Origin: Ophelia neglecta | Lineage: Eukaryota | Assembly (NCBI GenBank): GCA_965285935.1 | Contig: OZ260661.1 | Coordinates: forward strand, 135,222,001-135,286,000 | Direction: 5' to 3' | Length of the DNA stretch: 64,000 nucleotides | Shown here: positions 36,077 through 50,600 of the stretch, piece after piece | Layout of the letters: each line of letters opens with the position of its first letter | Position numbering within the stretch: position 1 is the first letter of the stretch | The notes under the pieces: generated by a model | What the model saw: the letters and a program-made list of their open reading frames with translations, nothing else | What the model was told of the DNA's origin: nothing | The model's database searches: none | Translations under genes and position numbers: made by a program

Positions 36077-38510
36077 TCGCCACAGGAACAGAGACGGTTT
36101 TCTCGCGGAAGTCTAACCCACCTGACAGTCTCCAGTAGCAACGAATGCGAGCCTGTACGCATCCTGGTGAACGCGACGCGAGCAATTTTTAGGATACGCG
36201 TTTTGATGAGGAATCAGACATCACACGGTTGCGGATCAGGTTATATAATCAGTCTATGTATCAAGAGTCTGAAAATACATGTTTGACTTGGCCACGCGTG
36301 CAGCCTGAAGTGTCAAACATAACGGGGAATCGCAAAAATTGACCCGCTATGAAACTTTCCTCCAAAAGAGAGCCTGCATTTCCCGAACAATAACATCCAC
36401 ATCAGGAACTCCCAACTCCACGAGCACACAGTGCGTGGTGGTCTGTGGGCGTACGCATATTATAGCCTTGAGAGTTGAGATATATGCCTGTTTCAAGGCA
36501 GGCCACTGAGGAAGTCCACCAACTCTCACATCCATAGAGTATGGCAGAAAAGAGTGCACACTGCCACACGCGCTCCTTGATGGCATAAGGAGCGTCTCTG
36601 TTTGTATTGAGAAAACACAGTAGTCGAGCGCATGTCCCTGTTTGGTCGCTATATGATCCTGTACCTGTGGGGAGATCACGCGAAGAGAGATCAAGTTGCC
36701 AAGATAGCAGTACTGCTCTGTCTGTTGGAGGGCCCTCCCAGCAACGACAAACGGACAACAGTCACGTGAATATGCTACCAATGACTTTTTATGGTTGATC
36801 CGTAATCCATCGCGTCCCACAAAGTCGCCACCAAAGATCTTCCGTTTACGCCTCAACGCAGCGCGTGAAGTGGCTAGTATGGCCGTCTCGTCCACCAGTA
36901 GGTGAGCTTGAAGCCAGGCTAGCCAGCCATAATCTGGGAGGGATCTAAGGTCAACCGCAAGAGGATTGATGAATGGCAGGATGACAGACAGTGGAGCCCC
37001 CTGACGAAGCGCGAGAGTCGCATGAATGGTCGTGTTCCCATTAGGACTAGCCGTATTTGAAAGTAATGCACACAGTGCCGCCAAGAAACGACCACCACTG
37101 CCTTTCACAGCCAGCCAATTTAGCAGAAATTATCTGTTTATGTTGACACATGCCTTTTGGAAGTCAATAAATGTTATGTACAATGTTTCCTTTGTTGATA
37201 ACGGTCGATAATGAGACGTAAAGTAGGCAGTAGTTTAAGACATTCTCGGCCAGGCTGCCCTCCATCCTTTTTCTGGCAAGGACACCATCAGCGCAAGAGT
37301 CCACCTTGGCAAGAGAGGGGATTACACTGAGGCCCCGATAGTTCCCAGGAAGAGATTTGTCCCCCTTATTGAATAACATAGTCAACCTCGTCAGCGAACA
37401 TGGGCCAGGATAACCGCCTGAGAACACCATGTACATAATCATTAGTAAAATCCACTCCTCTGGCAACGACCTGAGTGGAATAGGTGGATTGTCGTCCACG
37501 CCAGAAGCGCGGTCCATGAGAGAGTTAATTGTAGTTTTCACCAAATCAAACTAATATCATCATCCAGGACAGGGATATAAGTAGCAGAGCCTGGACACCG
37601 TAGCCAAGAATCCAAACATGGCGGACGCAGCACCGTTTCGAAGCGCTATGCTTCTGGAAGTCCAAGTCGGATGGACCATCTGAATAATGGCCAAACTTTG
37701 ATTGTCGTGTTCGGTCGATTGAATCCCAGACCCTTTTCTCATCCCGCTTGTGTAGCACCCAACTGCCTGGTATGCCTTTGAGATTTCTGGCGGCACCAAA
37801 CAGGTTGTTACAGCCGTTCGGAGAGTAGAATTTAACCAACATGGGTCGCGGCCGGGTGGGGACCACTATCAGCTTCGTTAGCTGGCCGGACCTTACCCAC
37901 TCTCCTCACTTCCGAAACCCCACTTGGCGTCGGGTTGGTGCCGAGGGCCTATGCAAACAATGAGTGAGAGGCTCCTTTTCTGAAAGATGATAACATTGGA
38001 TCCCCTCGCCTCTGAATCAAGGTATTTCTGTTGTGCAGATACAGTTGCCATTAGGTCAGTCTGCTGGGCCGACATGTACGATACTGTGCTCGTTCAAGTC
38101 TCCAGCTCCACAATTCGTGCCTTCAAGGAGTTATTTTTCAGAAAAATCAGAGATCATGTTAAACAAGACACCGAATTTGTTGCCATCCGGTACTGACTAG
38201 AAAGCTGTCAGGCTAAGTCCTCCCTCAATGCCAGACAGGGGTGAGTCTTTCTTGTCCTGAATCACTGTGTTCAGGGCACGCTTCAGGTCATCGGCCCTGG
38301 GCTTGGTAAAAACGGATCGTGTCAATGTAAATATCTCATAAGCCGAGTCAGTTGACACTTGGTCTGCCTGACCCAGACTGACTCATTATGAAAACATACA
38401 CAGGTAAACGAATGTACAGAGATAATGGACTATGGGCGCCAGTCAAGCGTAACATACAAGCAAACCCAATCAAATATGTCCAAAACTTATTCAGTTCCAA
38501 GATTTTTACA
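36077..38510 (-). mobile_element. Decayed LINE, copy d (longest; ORF1 and RT remnants)
   Basis: ORF1-like EARGSNVIIF and RPRPMLVKF; RT N-terminal ASGVD..P, KGDKSLPGNYRGLS; RQGAPLS; YCYLG; no recognisable endonuclease region. Confidence 0.85.
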
Positions 38511-40198
38511 AAGCTGCAGAAATGTCTGTTCTCCGACAAAGCCACTGCTGTACAGTATTAAGTGCCCCAAATACAAATTTAACGGCAAAGTACCTCCACG
38601 GGAACCCTTGATAATCTGCCCTGGGTTCCACACAAGCCACACTCTACCTATACGCTATATACATCAAAATGGGCCGAGATCGGGATATACAACACCACTG
38701 CAAATATTTTACTGATGAAATGATGCTATTAATATGATCTGTGTAATAATAATACTTTACCTTTACATTTCTTGTCCAATAGACATCCATGTTAAGAGTC
38801 CCATGAGATTTGCCGTTGGGGCAGCACTTCCCGGTGACTAGGAGAGTATCTGCAGGAATGCTATAGATGCCAACTGTATACCACGTAGAAAGTATTTTCA
38901 GATTAGTATTGATGCCACAACGTACGGCATTATTGTGGATCTTCGCTGAGCATAAAACAACAAGGCCTTCTTACCGTACACAATTAAAATACTCTAAAAA
39001 CAATACATTTACCGCTAATTATGAGACTAGAAGACATTATAACCTGCTTATTTTAGTATGTCTAGCTATTTTGTACCGAGGACAAAAGTCGATATATAGC
39101 TGAGCTTTGAACATAGCTCCTAGCACTGCTATGTCTTTATTAGATTTGCTTTAAAACTGCGTATCATGTGATGACAATTATGTAGGAAAGAAGATAATAG
39201 ATGTATATCATTTAATCTAACCACACCTAGTCACGTTTCCCAGGCTCTGTTTTCACAAACACATATTTATCACTCGGTAGTTGTGTTGAACTCGTAGTAT
39301 GACTTGACTTGTAGTGTATGTAAACTTGTGTTATGGTAGAAACGGTCTGATGACGCCTGTCAAATAAACAGTTGTTGTGGTTTAGGGAGGTTAAATAAAT
39401 ACACTGTCTGTTCAAACCGTGGAAAGTGTCATAGATGAAATAAAAAAGGTTATTGAGATGACCTCTTCTAGTTAGAGCGCTATTGCATCTAGCAATAGTT
39501 CACTAAAAGTTGAATTGCCAAAAATGTAAATATATTGAAAGGTGAAGAACAAAACAGGAGAATAGAGAGTTATCATGACATCATTAAACTTCATGCTTTA
39601 TACATGTTAGATTTTAGATGTGAAGAGCCTTATTCAACCAAGCCTGGTAATGATAACTTGGTCCGAATTCTATTAGCTACAAGCCAATAAACATAACGTC
39701 AAACGTCCATGTATACTTTATTCAAACCAAATGAAAACGTCGGAAAATATAATGTATATGTTGTATTGTGACTAACCTCTACAGTAGAGCATGAAACATC
39801 CGCGAGCAAATTATAAGATTTTATATCTTATTTTAGTCAGGTGCTGATCGAGCGTTTTATCAGATGTTATGTTTGTTTTACAAAACTGTCTTTTACATGT
39901 TGCTGTACTGATACAGTACCTTGTATTTAACAGCACGCACCCACTTGTCCATAATCGTTATGACACACAATGAAACTTTCCTACTTTTTTGTCACACAAC
40001 TTCCATTTTGAAATAACCGTGATTTGTTATACAACAAATGGGTATCCGCCAATATTAATCGAGCAGTTATCTGTTTAGCTATGAATCACAAGTTCTTTTC
40101 CTATGTCCAAGCTTCCGATGACATCTATTAAACTAAACTTAGACATATATAATTGTTCTAAAGGCTTACATTACGGTTTATTTTATTACTATCAAGTG

Positions 40199-43100
40199 TT
40201 AATTAGTCCGTGATACATTCAGTGGAGTGTATGTGACATTCGGTGAGAGGGCCTCGTATTCTCTTTCAGTTACTTTTTCCACAGAAGCCCCAACAGTCTG
40301 CCGCCCGACTTCTCCGATGTCTTCATATGTTACTTGAGTCGGCCGCCCAACTTCTTGTATGTCCTCATATGGACCATCGGTCTGCCGCCCGATTTCTTGT
40401 ATATCCTCGTATGGACCATCTTCACTTGGACTGTTTAAAGTATCGGCTCGTGGCTGAATGTAGCCTACTTCCTCATACTGAGAAGTAATATATTGCCCTG
40501 GCCTCGAATTTTCTACGTTGTAATAATCATGACCAGTGGGGGCGGGGGTGTTCGATCGTTCGTCCTCGTGAGCTGCTGCTTCATTATAATATGTGTGTTC
40601 CGTGTAGGTCTTCTGTTTGTCTGCTATCTGTTGCTTCCTAAAATTACATTTATTGGTACTTATTATTATGCATATATACATTTGAAATCTCATATAATAC
40701 TTTGATGTTCAGTTCAGTTTTTCACAATTATCACAACTACACAAACAAACAATCAATATAACCACGATGGCTAATCGGATGTTAATATATTTAATGGATT
40801 CACCGACATCACAAAAATCATTCCCTCTGCCCCACTTTCTCACCGCGACCTATCCGCTCCCAATCCATGTTTCTCACCCCGCCACCTGTCTATTCGCTCT
40901 GGACGAGAAAGTTTGCAGCACCGTCGGTCTCTTTCACCCTTTAAGTTTCAGTAATTTGCTCTTTCTTTATTCAGCCAGCCTGCTCGTCAAGCGCTTTGCC
41001 CATCCCTCATCTTCCCGCACAACACACCTACCCTCTCCCCCAGCATTCTGACTCGACCCCTTGGTTATCAGGCCGGGCATACTGACCACTCCCAGGCACC
41101 GGGATACTGTTGCCCCCCCCCCCCCCCAAATGTGATAAAAAACACTCTGGCCATGTTTTCCATTTTAATAAAAATATACTCAAAACGGTAAAGCATTAAA
41201 TATATAACAAGAATAGATACCCGGAAAGCTTAAGCAATGGTTTACCAACGATTAAACGGTGAAAACCCCATTTGAAAGTCAACATATTTGGCATCTTACT
41301 AGCTAAGATTACTAGTCCGCTTCTCAAAAGGACATATCTTACCTACGTTTCTTGCAGACAACATACAGAACAACAACAATAAAGAGGATTATCACACCAC
41401 CCAGCACTGGTCCGATATATAAATAAATACTGGTACCTGGGAAAGATATAAAATGATACTATTAGACAAAGTATTTTTGTTCTAGTTTCCACGAAATATT
41501 ATTGGTCTGGTCAAGGTGAAGACCAACTAACACTCGGGCCTCTTTGAAGGCTGCCGAAGTTGAACTTAACCTCTTCCATATGTGGAATGTATGTAGGGCA
41601 TGCTTGTACAATTAAGGCTAAGCTTTCTCAGCAATACAAACAGCAGATGAACATTTGAGCCACATACCTACTCTGAGGACTGTAGTTTCTGACCTTAAAA
41701 CCTCTGCAATTCCTAAGTGAACATATGAAGAACATTTGACTGTCAATCAAAATATATCGGACAATGGTGGATTGAGGGATAAGCAAAGAAAGCAGGCTGA
41801 TCAGATAAAGGAGTTGGAGGGTCTCTGTGGAAACTTGCAATCAAAGGTTCTGGAGCAGGAACAATACTTTAGGATAAACAATTTTGAAATTCCTAATATT
41901 AAAGATGCGAGGTTTAACGAAGCTACTCTAAAAGATCTCCTTCGATTTGTAGATAATCATAAACCCAAAGAATAGAATTTTACTTTACATTAAAAAAATC
42001 TGTTTTCGATTCGTATTTCCAAATTTACAACGACCTGTCTTCATATGCTGCACTCACATTTAGGTGAATTTTCTGATATACATAGTTTTTACCTTGATCA
42101 CTGTTGTCAGAGGTGTCAGTGGTTGCCTTGGTTGTTAGTTTAGTTTGAGATGTTGGAATTGATGTTTTGGTTGATCCATTTCTTTGTATTGTTGTCATCG
42201 CTGTTGTCGTCGCCTTGTTAGAGACATTACCTTGTTGGGGTCTTATACTGGATGATATCGAAGTTTCTGCATCTAAGCAAAGTGACTTTGCATGAACATG
42301 GATCGGTAATATTAATTTGCGTTGATCAAATAACCAACCGCCAATTTCTTTTAAATGAGTTTGTCTCAACAAAGGGGGCACGTCTTATAATAGAACATCA
42401 ACCAACTGCTGAAGATACATTGACTAGAATCAATTTCAGTCGATCTACCTTTTCTTTCGCATAAAAATCTATAAGTATTTCCTGGATAATGTGTCCCAGC
42501 CCATTTCCCGTCGATGATCATCCTTGCATATCCCTCATTGACATTGGGTTCCTCGTTTCCCCAATTTTGCCATACATACCAAGCACCACCGAACCACTCC
42601 CATCCATCTCGCCTCATTGTTACGTTCTCGCTGTTTGCTAAGTTTGAAACGTCCTTTGTTAATCCAATCCAGAATTGGTTCATTTCACTCCCGGGATCGC
42701 AACCCTGCCCCGACATGCACTTTGTCCTTGTTAAAAGGAAACAATAAGTCATACTACTAACTAATATAATACTACATAACAAAATAAGTCTCCACACATT
42801 TGAAAAGCCCAACGCCCACCACATGATAGGCATTATTGTGAAAATATATTGGTAGGATGACAGTACTAGGGAACACATAGCATGACATTAGTTTCATTTC
42901 AATGCTGTAAGCATTAAAATACAAGAATCTTTCTTACATGTTTTCGAAGACGAATTTGTTTTGTTCCTCGTTTTCTAATGATACTAGAGAGGCATGCATT
43001 CCTTCACATCTGCTAACCGCTTCTGTGAAAGTTCGTAGAACCATCTTTCCTGAGACATGATAACACCTCCCATCATAAGGATACCACTGGCCCTCAAAAT

Positions 43101-43950
43101 CACACGGCCTTGCTACAACTGTAACATAGTAAACACAAAAATCGGGAAATAAACTACCAGGAAGAAATTCACGAAAGCGTGGGCATCCTTAGAACTAAAT
43201 AATACGCATTGAGACAACAGGAATCTTTGATGACTACCACTATCATTAATACAGCACAGCTATCAAATTATAGTATCAGAATATATTACATGCCAAACAA
43301 AAGGAACCTGTCTTCCGCCAGCTAATTTTGCCTTTTGTTTACAACCAATAAAGTGAAAGTATATTCTATATGTGTAGTAAGCCGATTTACGTACGAAGCC
43401 ATGCATCAATTATATCCAACTGGGGTCCATCATTTGGGTTTTTTGTGAATTAGAACTATTTTAGAGGGTCTGAGAACATAACATGGCAGTTTCCGACGGT
43501 ACCAATGACTTTCGGATCATAGGCATTCTAAGTGTTATGAAGTGCCATCTAAATGGACATTCAACCCAAATGAGAACTATCCAGTAATTTGAGGAAGAAT
43601 CAGGAACACATTTAGGTGATGAGCTCAAGAATACTCAATGAATGAAACTGTGAGCCATGGCTGTTTACATAACACCACTCACTTATACGTATTCACGTAT
43701 TGTCTATTAGTATACTTACTTATATTGGTACCCACAAAAATCAAACTTTGTCTGAAAACGCCCAAGCCTTCATTGGTTAACTCCCCTCTAATTTCTAACC
43801 GAGTTTTATAAGTGAACCAAACTGAGAATGAAAGTATATGTGTTTTCGCCTAGAATAAAGGGCACCGAAGTGTCTCCATATGTATATACACATACCTATA
43901 TATAGCGTGAATGTCGCTAAAACACCACAGAACAGGGCGGCAGGATACAT
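40199..43950 (-). CDS. G5: type I transmembrane C-type lectin-like receptor, tail type B (~408 aa)
   Basis: Exons 43896-43950 (MYPAALFCGVLATFTLYI), 42938-43118, 42449-42726 (AAG acceptor), 42093-42272, 41343-41436, 40199-40637; 1227 nt, open. Confidence 0.88.
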
Positions 43951-44276
43951 ATTGGGCCCAGATCGAGATAGTCTACCACACTGCTGACATTTATATGCTG
44001 AAATTAACACGGAAGTTATGTTCCGATGCTCTTACATGATAACGAACCTGTCGAAGCTTTCCTCGTGTAATATATTTCTATATAACACATCCACCGCCTG
44101 TTTGCGTTGTAGACCTTTGTTTTGGCAAGTAAAGTGGGTAGACTGCTGTTGAAGGCGACACGGTCTGTGATCAAGGTATAAAAGTTTTGGCTTCGCATAA
44201 ATTGCAAATACCATGACTGCTTATGATTCTATTCACGCATCATAATGACACCCGGCATTGATATACAAGTTTGTAA

Positions 44277-45900
44277 TGCTCCTTGATGGCATGAGGAGCG
44301 TCTCTGTTTGTGTTCAGAAAACACAGTAGTCCGCGCACATATTCCTGCTTGGTTGCTATATGACCCTCTACCTGTCGGGAGATCTCGTGAATTCCCTGAT
44401 TGAAAGGGAATTTAGGAGTTGTGAATTTTGTATGGAATTAGATATATATCTGGTAGAAGATGACTTTTTATATGATTTTGATTTGTCCAAGGTTCAACGA
44501 GTTGTGGTTACAATATATTCCTGACGTCTACTATAAGCCATTTCCAGGCTTCAATAAATTCATATCTTTTATTAGCAACGACAAATGAGCACTTGCTGAG
44601 TCAACTGGAAGCATTTATTTACCATTGCTTTAAACTGAAATAGTTGGCTATATGTCTGTAAACGAGTATAATGTACTATGTCTGTAAATGTGTTCAATTT
44701 GTATCCACTTATGTATGTATACACATCAAATATGTAGCATGGGCCCACGGCCCCCATAGTACTTGCAATAAATATAATTAATGTAGTTCAAATACAGATC
44801 AAGCTGCCAAGATAGCAGTACTGCTGTTTGTTGGTTGGCCCTCCCAGCAAGGACAAATGGACGACAGTCACGTGAATATGCAATCATAAACAATGATTTT
44901 TTCTGGTTGATCCGAAGATCCAACAAAGTCGCCACCAAAGATCTTCCGTTTACGCCTCATCGCAGCGCATGAAGTGGCCAGTATGGCCGTGTCGTCCACC
45001 AGTAGCAGAGCGTGAAGCCAGGCTAGCCAGCCATCATCTGGGAGGGATCGATGGTTGATGAAGAATACAAACAGGATGACAGACAGTGGAGCCCCCTGAC
45101 GAAGCGCGAGAGTCGCATGAATGGTCGTGTTCCCAATAAGACTAGCCGTGTTTGAAAGTAATGCTCACAGTGCCGCCAAAAACGACCAATACAGCCTTTC
45201 ACAGCCAGCCAATTTAGTATTATTTGTCTTTTTTACGGTGTCATATGCCTTTTCAAAGTCATTAAATGTTATGCACAATGTTTCCTTTGCTCTCCGAGCA
45301 CGGTCGATAATGAGACGTAAAGTAGGCAGTTGTTTAAGACATCCTCGGCCAGGCTGCCCTCCATCCTGTTCCTGGCAAGGAACTCACCAGCGCAAGAATC
45401 GACCTATTAAATAGAAGAGTACACCTCGGCAAGAGAGGGGATTACACTGATACCCCGATAGTTCCAAGGAAGAGATCGGTCCCCCTTTTTGAATAACATT
45501 GTCAACCTCGCCACTAACCATGCGTACATGGTTTTTTCCCACCAAATCAGATATCATGTTTTATAAGACACCGAATTTGTTGCCATCCGGTATTGACTAG
45601 AAAGCTGTCAACTCCTCCCTCAATGCCAGAAAGGTACGAGTCTAGTGTCTTGAATCACTGTGTTCAGGGCCCGCTTCAAGTCATCGGCCCTGGGCTTAGT
45701 AATAGCTGACCGTGTCAATGTAAATGTGAATATCTCAGCTAAGTCCACGTTGACACTTGGTCTGCCTGACCCAGACTGACTCATTATGAAATATTCACAG
45801 GTGATCGAGTGTACAGGGATAAGGGACCATGGACGCCAGTCAAGAGTAAAATACAAGCAAACCCAATCAAATATGTCCAAAATTAATCCAGTTCCCAGAT
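44277..45900 (-). mobile_element. Decayed LINE, copy e, interrupted by a ~400-bp unidentified insertion (~44392-44795)
   Basis: Colinear with copy a; the LINE sequence GAGATC.CG.GAAT / A.AGATCAAG is split by AT-rich sequence. Confidence 0.8.
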
Positions 45901-47665
45901 TTTTACCGAGCTGCAGAAAGGTCTGTTCTCTGACAAAACCACGGGAATCCTTGATAATCTACCCTGGGTTCCACACAAGCCACACACTACCTTTACGCTT
46001 TAAACATACTATTTGGCCGAGGTCGAGATATTCTACCCCACTGAAGACATTTAAATGTTGGAATGAGGCTGGTAATACGAAGTGTGTAATAGTACTACTT
46101 TCCCTTTACATTTACTTGTCCAATATACATCCATGTTAACAGTCCCATGAAATTTGCCGAGGAGGCAGCACTTCCCGGTGACTATGAGAGTATCTGCAGG
46201 AATGCAATACATGTATACATGTATACCACGTAGACATTATTTTCAGAGTTGCATTAAAGTCACAACTTACGGCATTATTGTGGATCTTCGCTGAGCATAA
46301 AGCAACTAAGCCTTTGTACTGTACACAATTAAAATAATCTAAAAACAATACATTTACCGCTAATTATGAGACTAGAAGACATTATAACCTGCTTATTTTA
46401 GTATGTCTAGCTATTATTTACCGAGGACACAATCGATATATAGCTGAGCTATGAACATAGCCCCCTAGCACTGCCATGTTTTTTGTTAAAATGCAAATAT
46501 ATTGGAAAGTATATAGTAGATGTATATCTTTTCATCTTACCACACCTAGTCACGTTCCCCAGGTCTTGTTTTACACAAACACAGTTTTATTACTCGGCAG
46601 TTGTGTTGAACTTGTTTTATGACTTGACCTGTAGTGAATGAAAACTTGTTTGGTGGTGGACACGGTCTGATGACGGCTGTCAATTAAATAGTGCAGTGGT
46701 TATATTTTGCTGCAGGAAAAAATTAATTGTTTAATAATTTGTCTAATTACAAACACTATATCACTTGAGTGCTTGTTATTTAAGCTGGCGTGGTTAAGAA
46801 AGGTTAAAGAAATACACTGTGTGTCCAAACCGGGAAAATTATCATAGATGAAATATAACGTCTAAGGTTATTAAGATGACCTCTCCTAGTTAGAGCCTTC
46901 TTGCATCGAGCAAAAGTTTGATAAAAGTTGAATTGCCAAACATGTAAATATATTGATTGGTGAAGAACGAAGCAGAAGAAAACAGAGTGATCATACCATC
47001 ATTAAACTTCATGTTTTATACATGTTATTTTTTTGATGTGAAGAGCCTTATTCAACCAAGCTTGGTAATAGGGATTTATACTCTTACTTGGCCCGAATTC
47101 TACCAGCTACAGGCCAATAAACAAAACGTCAAACGTCCATATATACTTTATTCAATACAAATGAAAACGTCGGAAAATATAATTTATATCATGTATTGTG
47201 ACTATCCTCTACAGTAGATGATGATACATCCGCGAGCAAATTATACGCTTTCATATCTTATATTATTCAGGTGCTAATCGAGCGTTTTATCAGATTTTAT
47301 GATTGTTTAACAAAACTGTCTTTTACATATTGCTGTATTGATACAATGCCTTGTATATGACAGCACTCACCCACATGCCCATAAACATTAGGACACGCAA
47401 TGATCCTTTCCTCCTTTTTTTGTCACACAACTTCCATTTTGAAACAAACGTGATTTGTAATACTACAAATGGGTATCCGCCAATATTAATCGAGCAATTA
47501 TGTGTTTGAATATGAATCGCACCTTCTTTTCCAAGCTGCTGATGACATCTATTATACTAAACTTAGACTCATAATTGTTCTAATGGCTTATATTTCGGTT
47601 TATTTTATTTAAGCTGTCGTGGTTAAGGAAGGTTAAAGAAATACACTGTCTGTCCAAATCAAGTG

Positions 47666-50600
47666 TTAATTAGTCCGTGATACATTCAGTGGAGTGTATG
47701 TGACATTCGGTGAGAGGGCCTCGTATTCTCTTTCAGTTACTTTTTCCACAGAAGCCCCAACAGTCTGCCGCCCGACTTCTCCGATGTCTTCATATGTATC
47801 TTGAGTCGGCCGCCCAACTTCTTGTATGTCCTCATATGGACCATCAGTCTGCCGTCCGATTTCTTGTATATCCTCGTATGGACCATCTACACATGGACTG
47901 CTTAAAGGATCGGCTCGTGGCTGAATGTAGCCTACTTCCTCATACTGAGAAGTAATATATTGCCCTGGTCTCGAATTTTCTACGTTGTAATAATCATGAC
48001 CAGTGGGGGTGGGCGTGTTCGATCGTTCGTCCTCGTGAACTGCTGCTTCATTATAATAGGTGTGTTCTGTGTAGGTCGTCTGTTTGTCTGCTATGTGTTG
48101 CTTCCTTAAAAATACATTTATCGATACTTATTACTATGCATATATACATTTGAAATCTCATATGATACTTTAGTGTTCAGTTCGGTCTTTCATAATTATA
48201 ACAACTACATAAACAAAAATCAATATAACCCCGACTGCTGATCCGATGTATAACTATATAATGGTATCACCGGCATCACAAATTATATCAATATCAGCTC
48301 ATTGTCTATATTTGCATTTTGCATTTAACCTTCAGGATTATCATAGCAGCTCATCTTCCATTTTGTACATCTTCCTGCACGCAGTCTCTTTCCGGATCAT
48401 CCCCTCCGCCCAACTTTCTCACCGCGACCTACCCCCTTCCAACACATATTTCCTGCCCCGCCACCTGTCTACTCGCCGTGGACGTGGCAGTTTGCAGCTC
48501 CCCGTCAGTCTCTTTCACCCGGCGCCATTTTCCATCCATGGAGTAAGTTTCAGTAATTGGCTTTCTCTTTACCTGGCCAGCCTGCTTGTCAAGCGTTTTG
48601 CCAATCCATTTCCTTCCCGCACCCAACACCTACCATCTTCCCCCAGCATTCTGACTCGACCCATTAGTCATCAGGCCGGGCATGCTGACAACATCCAGGC
48701 ACCGGGATCTCCCTCCGGTCACATCATACCACCCCAACCCACATCTACACACACTCCTCCCCCTCACACTCAAACTCGCAACACACACCGATGACTGCAG
48801 CCGACTAGAAATCCGAAACCAGCTGCCGCCTCCCCCACATTGCAACCTAGTGCTACGGCCCAGTCGGGCTTCGATGAAGGCATGGCATCATCGAATCCCA
48901 TTTCATCCCACTTCTCATTATGAATGGGTTAGGATGGGGTTATCAGATGCTAAGTTGGCATCAAGCGATCATAGTCATCTTAACGACGGAGAAGACTGTC
49001 ATGGTAGAGTGTATTATGTCTTCAGAGAGAGAACAAGTAAAAAACTATTTCTTATGCTTCTGTCACCGGGGTATAGCTGAATCCGGTTACGGTTGTTAAC
49101 CATCCAAAATGGCATCCTCCAGCAAAGGTCAGAAATATTTCGATCCGGGATTTTATTTGCTGAAAATAAACTTTTAAAATATGCGAATGTGTTAACTAAT
49201 AAAAGGATCGACCTGCTTGTATGCTCTAGACATTAAAACCGCAAATGAGTCAGTCGTGTGTAAAAAGGTAATTCACTTTTATAGTTTGGGTAACTGACTA
49301 AAGATGGGCGGTAACTTATTATTAATATGGGCTTAATAAAAAGGGATGGAGTATAAGAGCACACATTAACTTGTCGTGTGAAAGGCGAGAAGGAAGTTGT
49401 GCAATTGAGCGCTTAAACTACTTTTATTTTAAATGAAATAAAAAACATACATATTAACATGGTTTGACATTAATCTAAAGGCTAACACATCTTTATTCTA
49501 CAATAAAAATTAAATCCAATTATAATAGAAAAAGAGAGACGCCAATTTAAATGTAATTAAAGGGTTGATACTCGGTAAATTAGAATATAATGCGCCTGAT
49601 AGAAGAGCAAGTTAGACATCGACTGGGCGGGACACATTTGATAGTGAAACATTGACATCGAATCACCGCTGACCTGAACTCAGTACCGCTCAGAAACTCA
49701 AAAGATGCGAGGCAGAGGGCTGCGATCACTGTCAAAGCCATTAATAACAACTAAGGAACACCTTCGCATCTTTAAACTAGTTTATTCTGTGTATATGAGA
49801 AAGGTACAGAATACGCTGACCTTAGCTGGTAGATGGGATTTTGTATGTGGAAACTGCTACCCCACCCACTTATCCCCCAGTGTCGGTACGAATTAGCAGA
49901 TAACATGCGAGATAATTTTCTAAATAATGTTTTCATGCTCTCGGGGATTGCTGTTGCCCCCTCAAATGTGATAAAAAGCACTCGGCAACTATCCACCTTT
50001 TCCATTTTATAATAATATATTCAAAAGAGTAAAGCTTAAAATATATGACAAGACAAGATACCCAGCAAGCTTTAGCCATAGCATACCAATGATTTAACCA
50101 TGCAAGGTACAATTTAACAATCAACATGTTTGGCATCTTACTAACGCTTCTCATAAGTACTTATCTTACCTTCGTTTCTGGCAGGCAACATACAGAACAA
50201 CAGCAATAAAGAGGATTATCACACCACCCAGCAAAGGTCCGATATATAAATGTATACTGGTACCTGGAAAAGTTATATAATATAATGTAAGACAACGTAT
50301 CTTTGTTCTATTTTAAAAGAAATATTATTGGTGTGGTCGGTCTTGAAAATGTTAGGCAATATGTGAGGTAAATGTACGGTATGAGATCGTGTGTGTTTTT
50401 TCCAGGGCTTTAGCACCATGGACTTTTTCAAGGCTTTTTTCCAAACCGAAACCATAAGTATTGGGATATGCAGCTGCCTACTTATAATTTGGCATACAAC
50501 CACCTCTGCCATAGGCTTACAATCACAATGTGTCAACTTTCAGTTGTGAACCCTGTAAAGAAAACTGTAAAGAGAGGGAGGTCTCCAGACCTTCCTGCAG

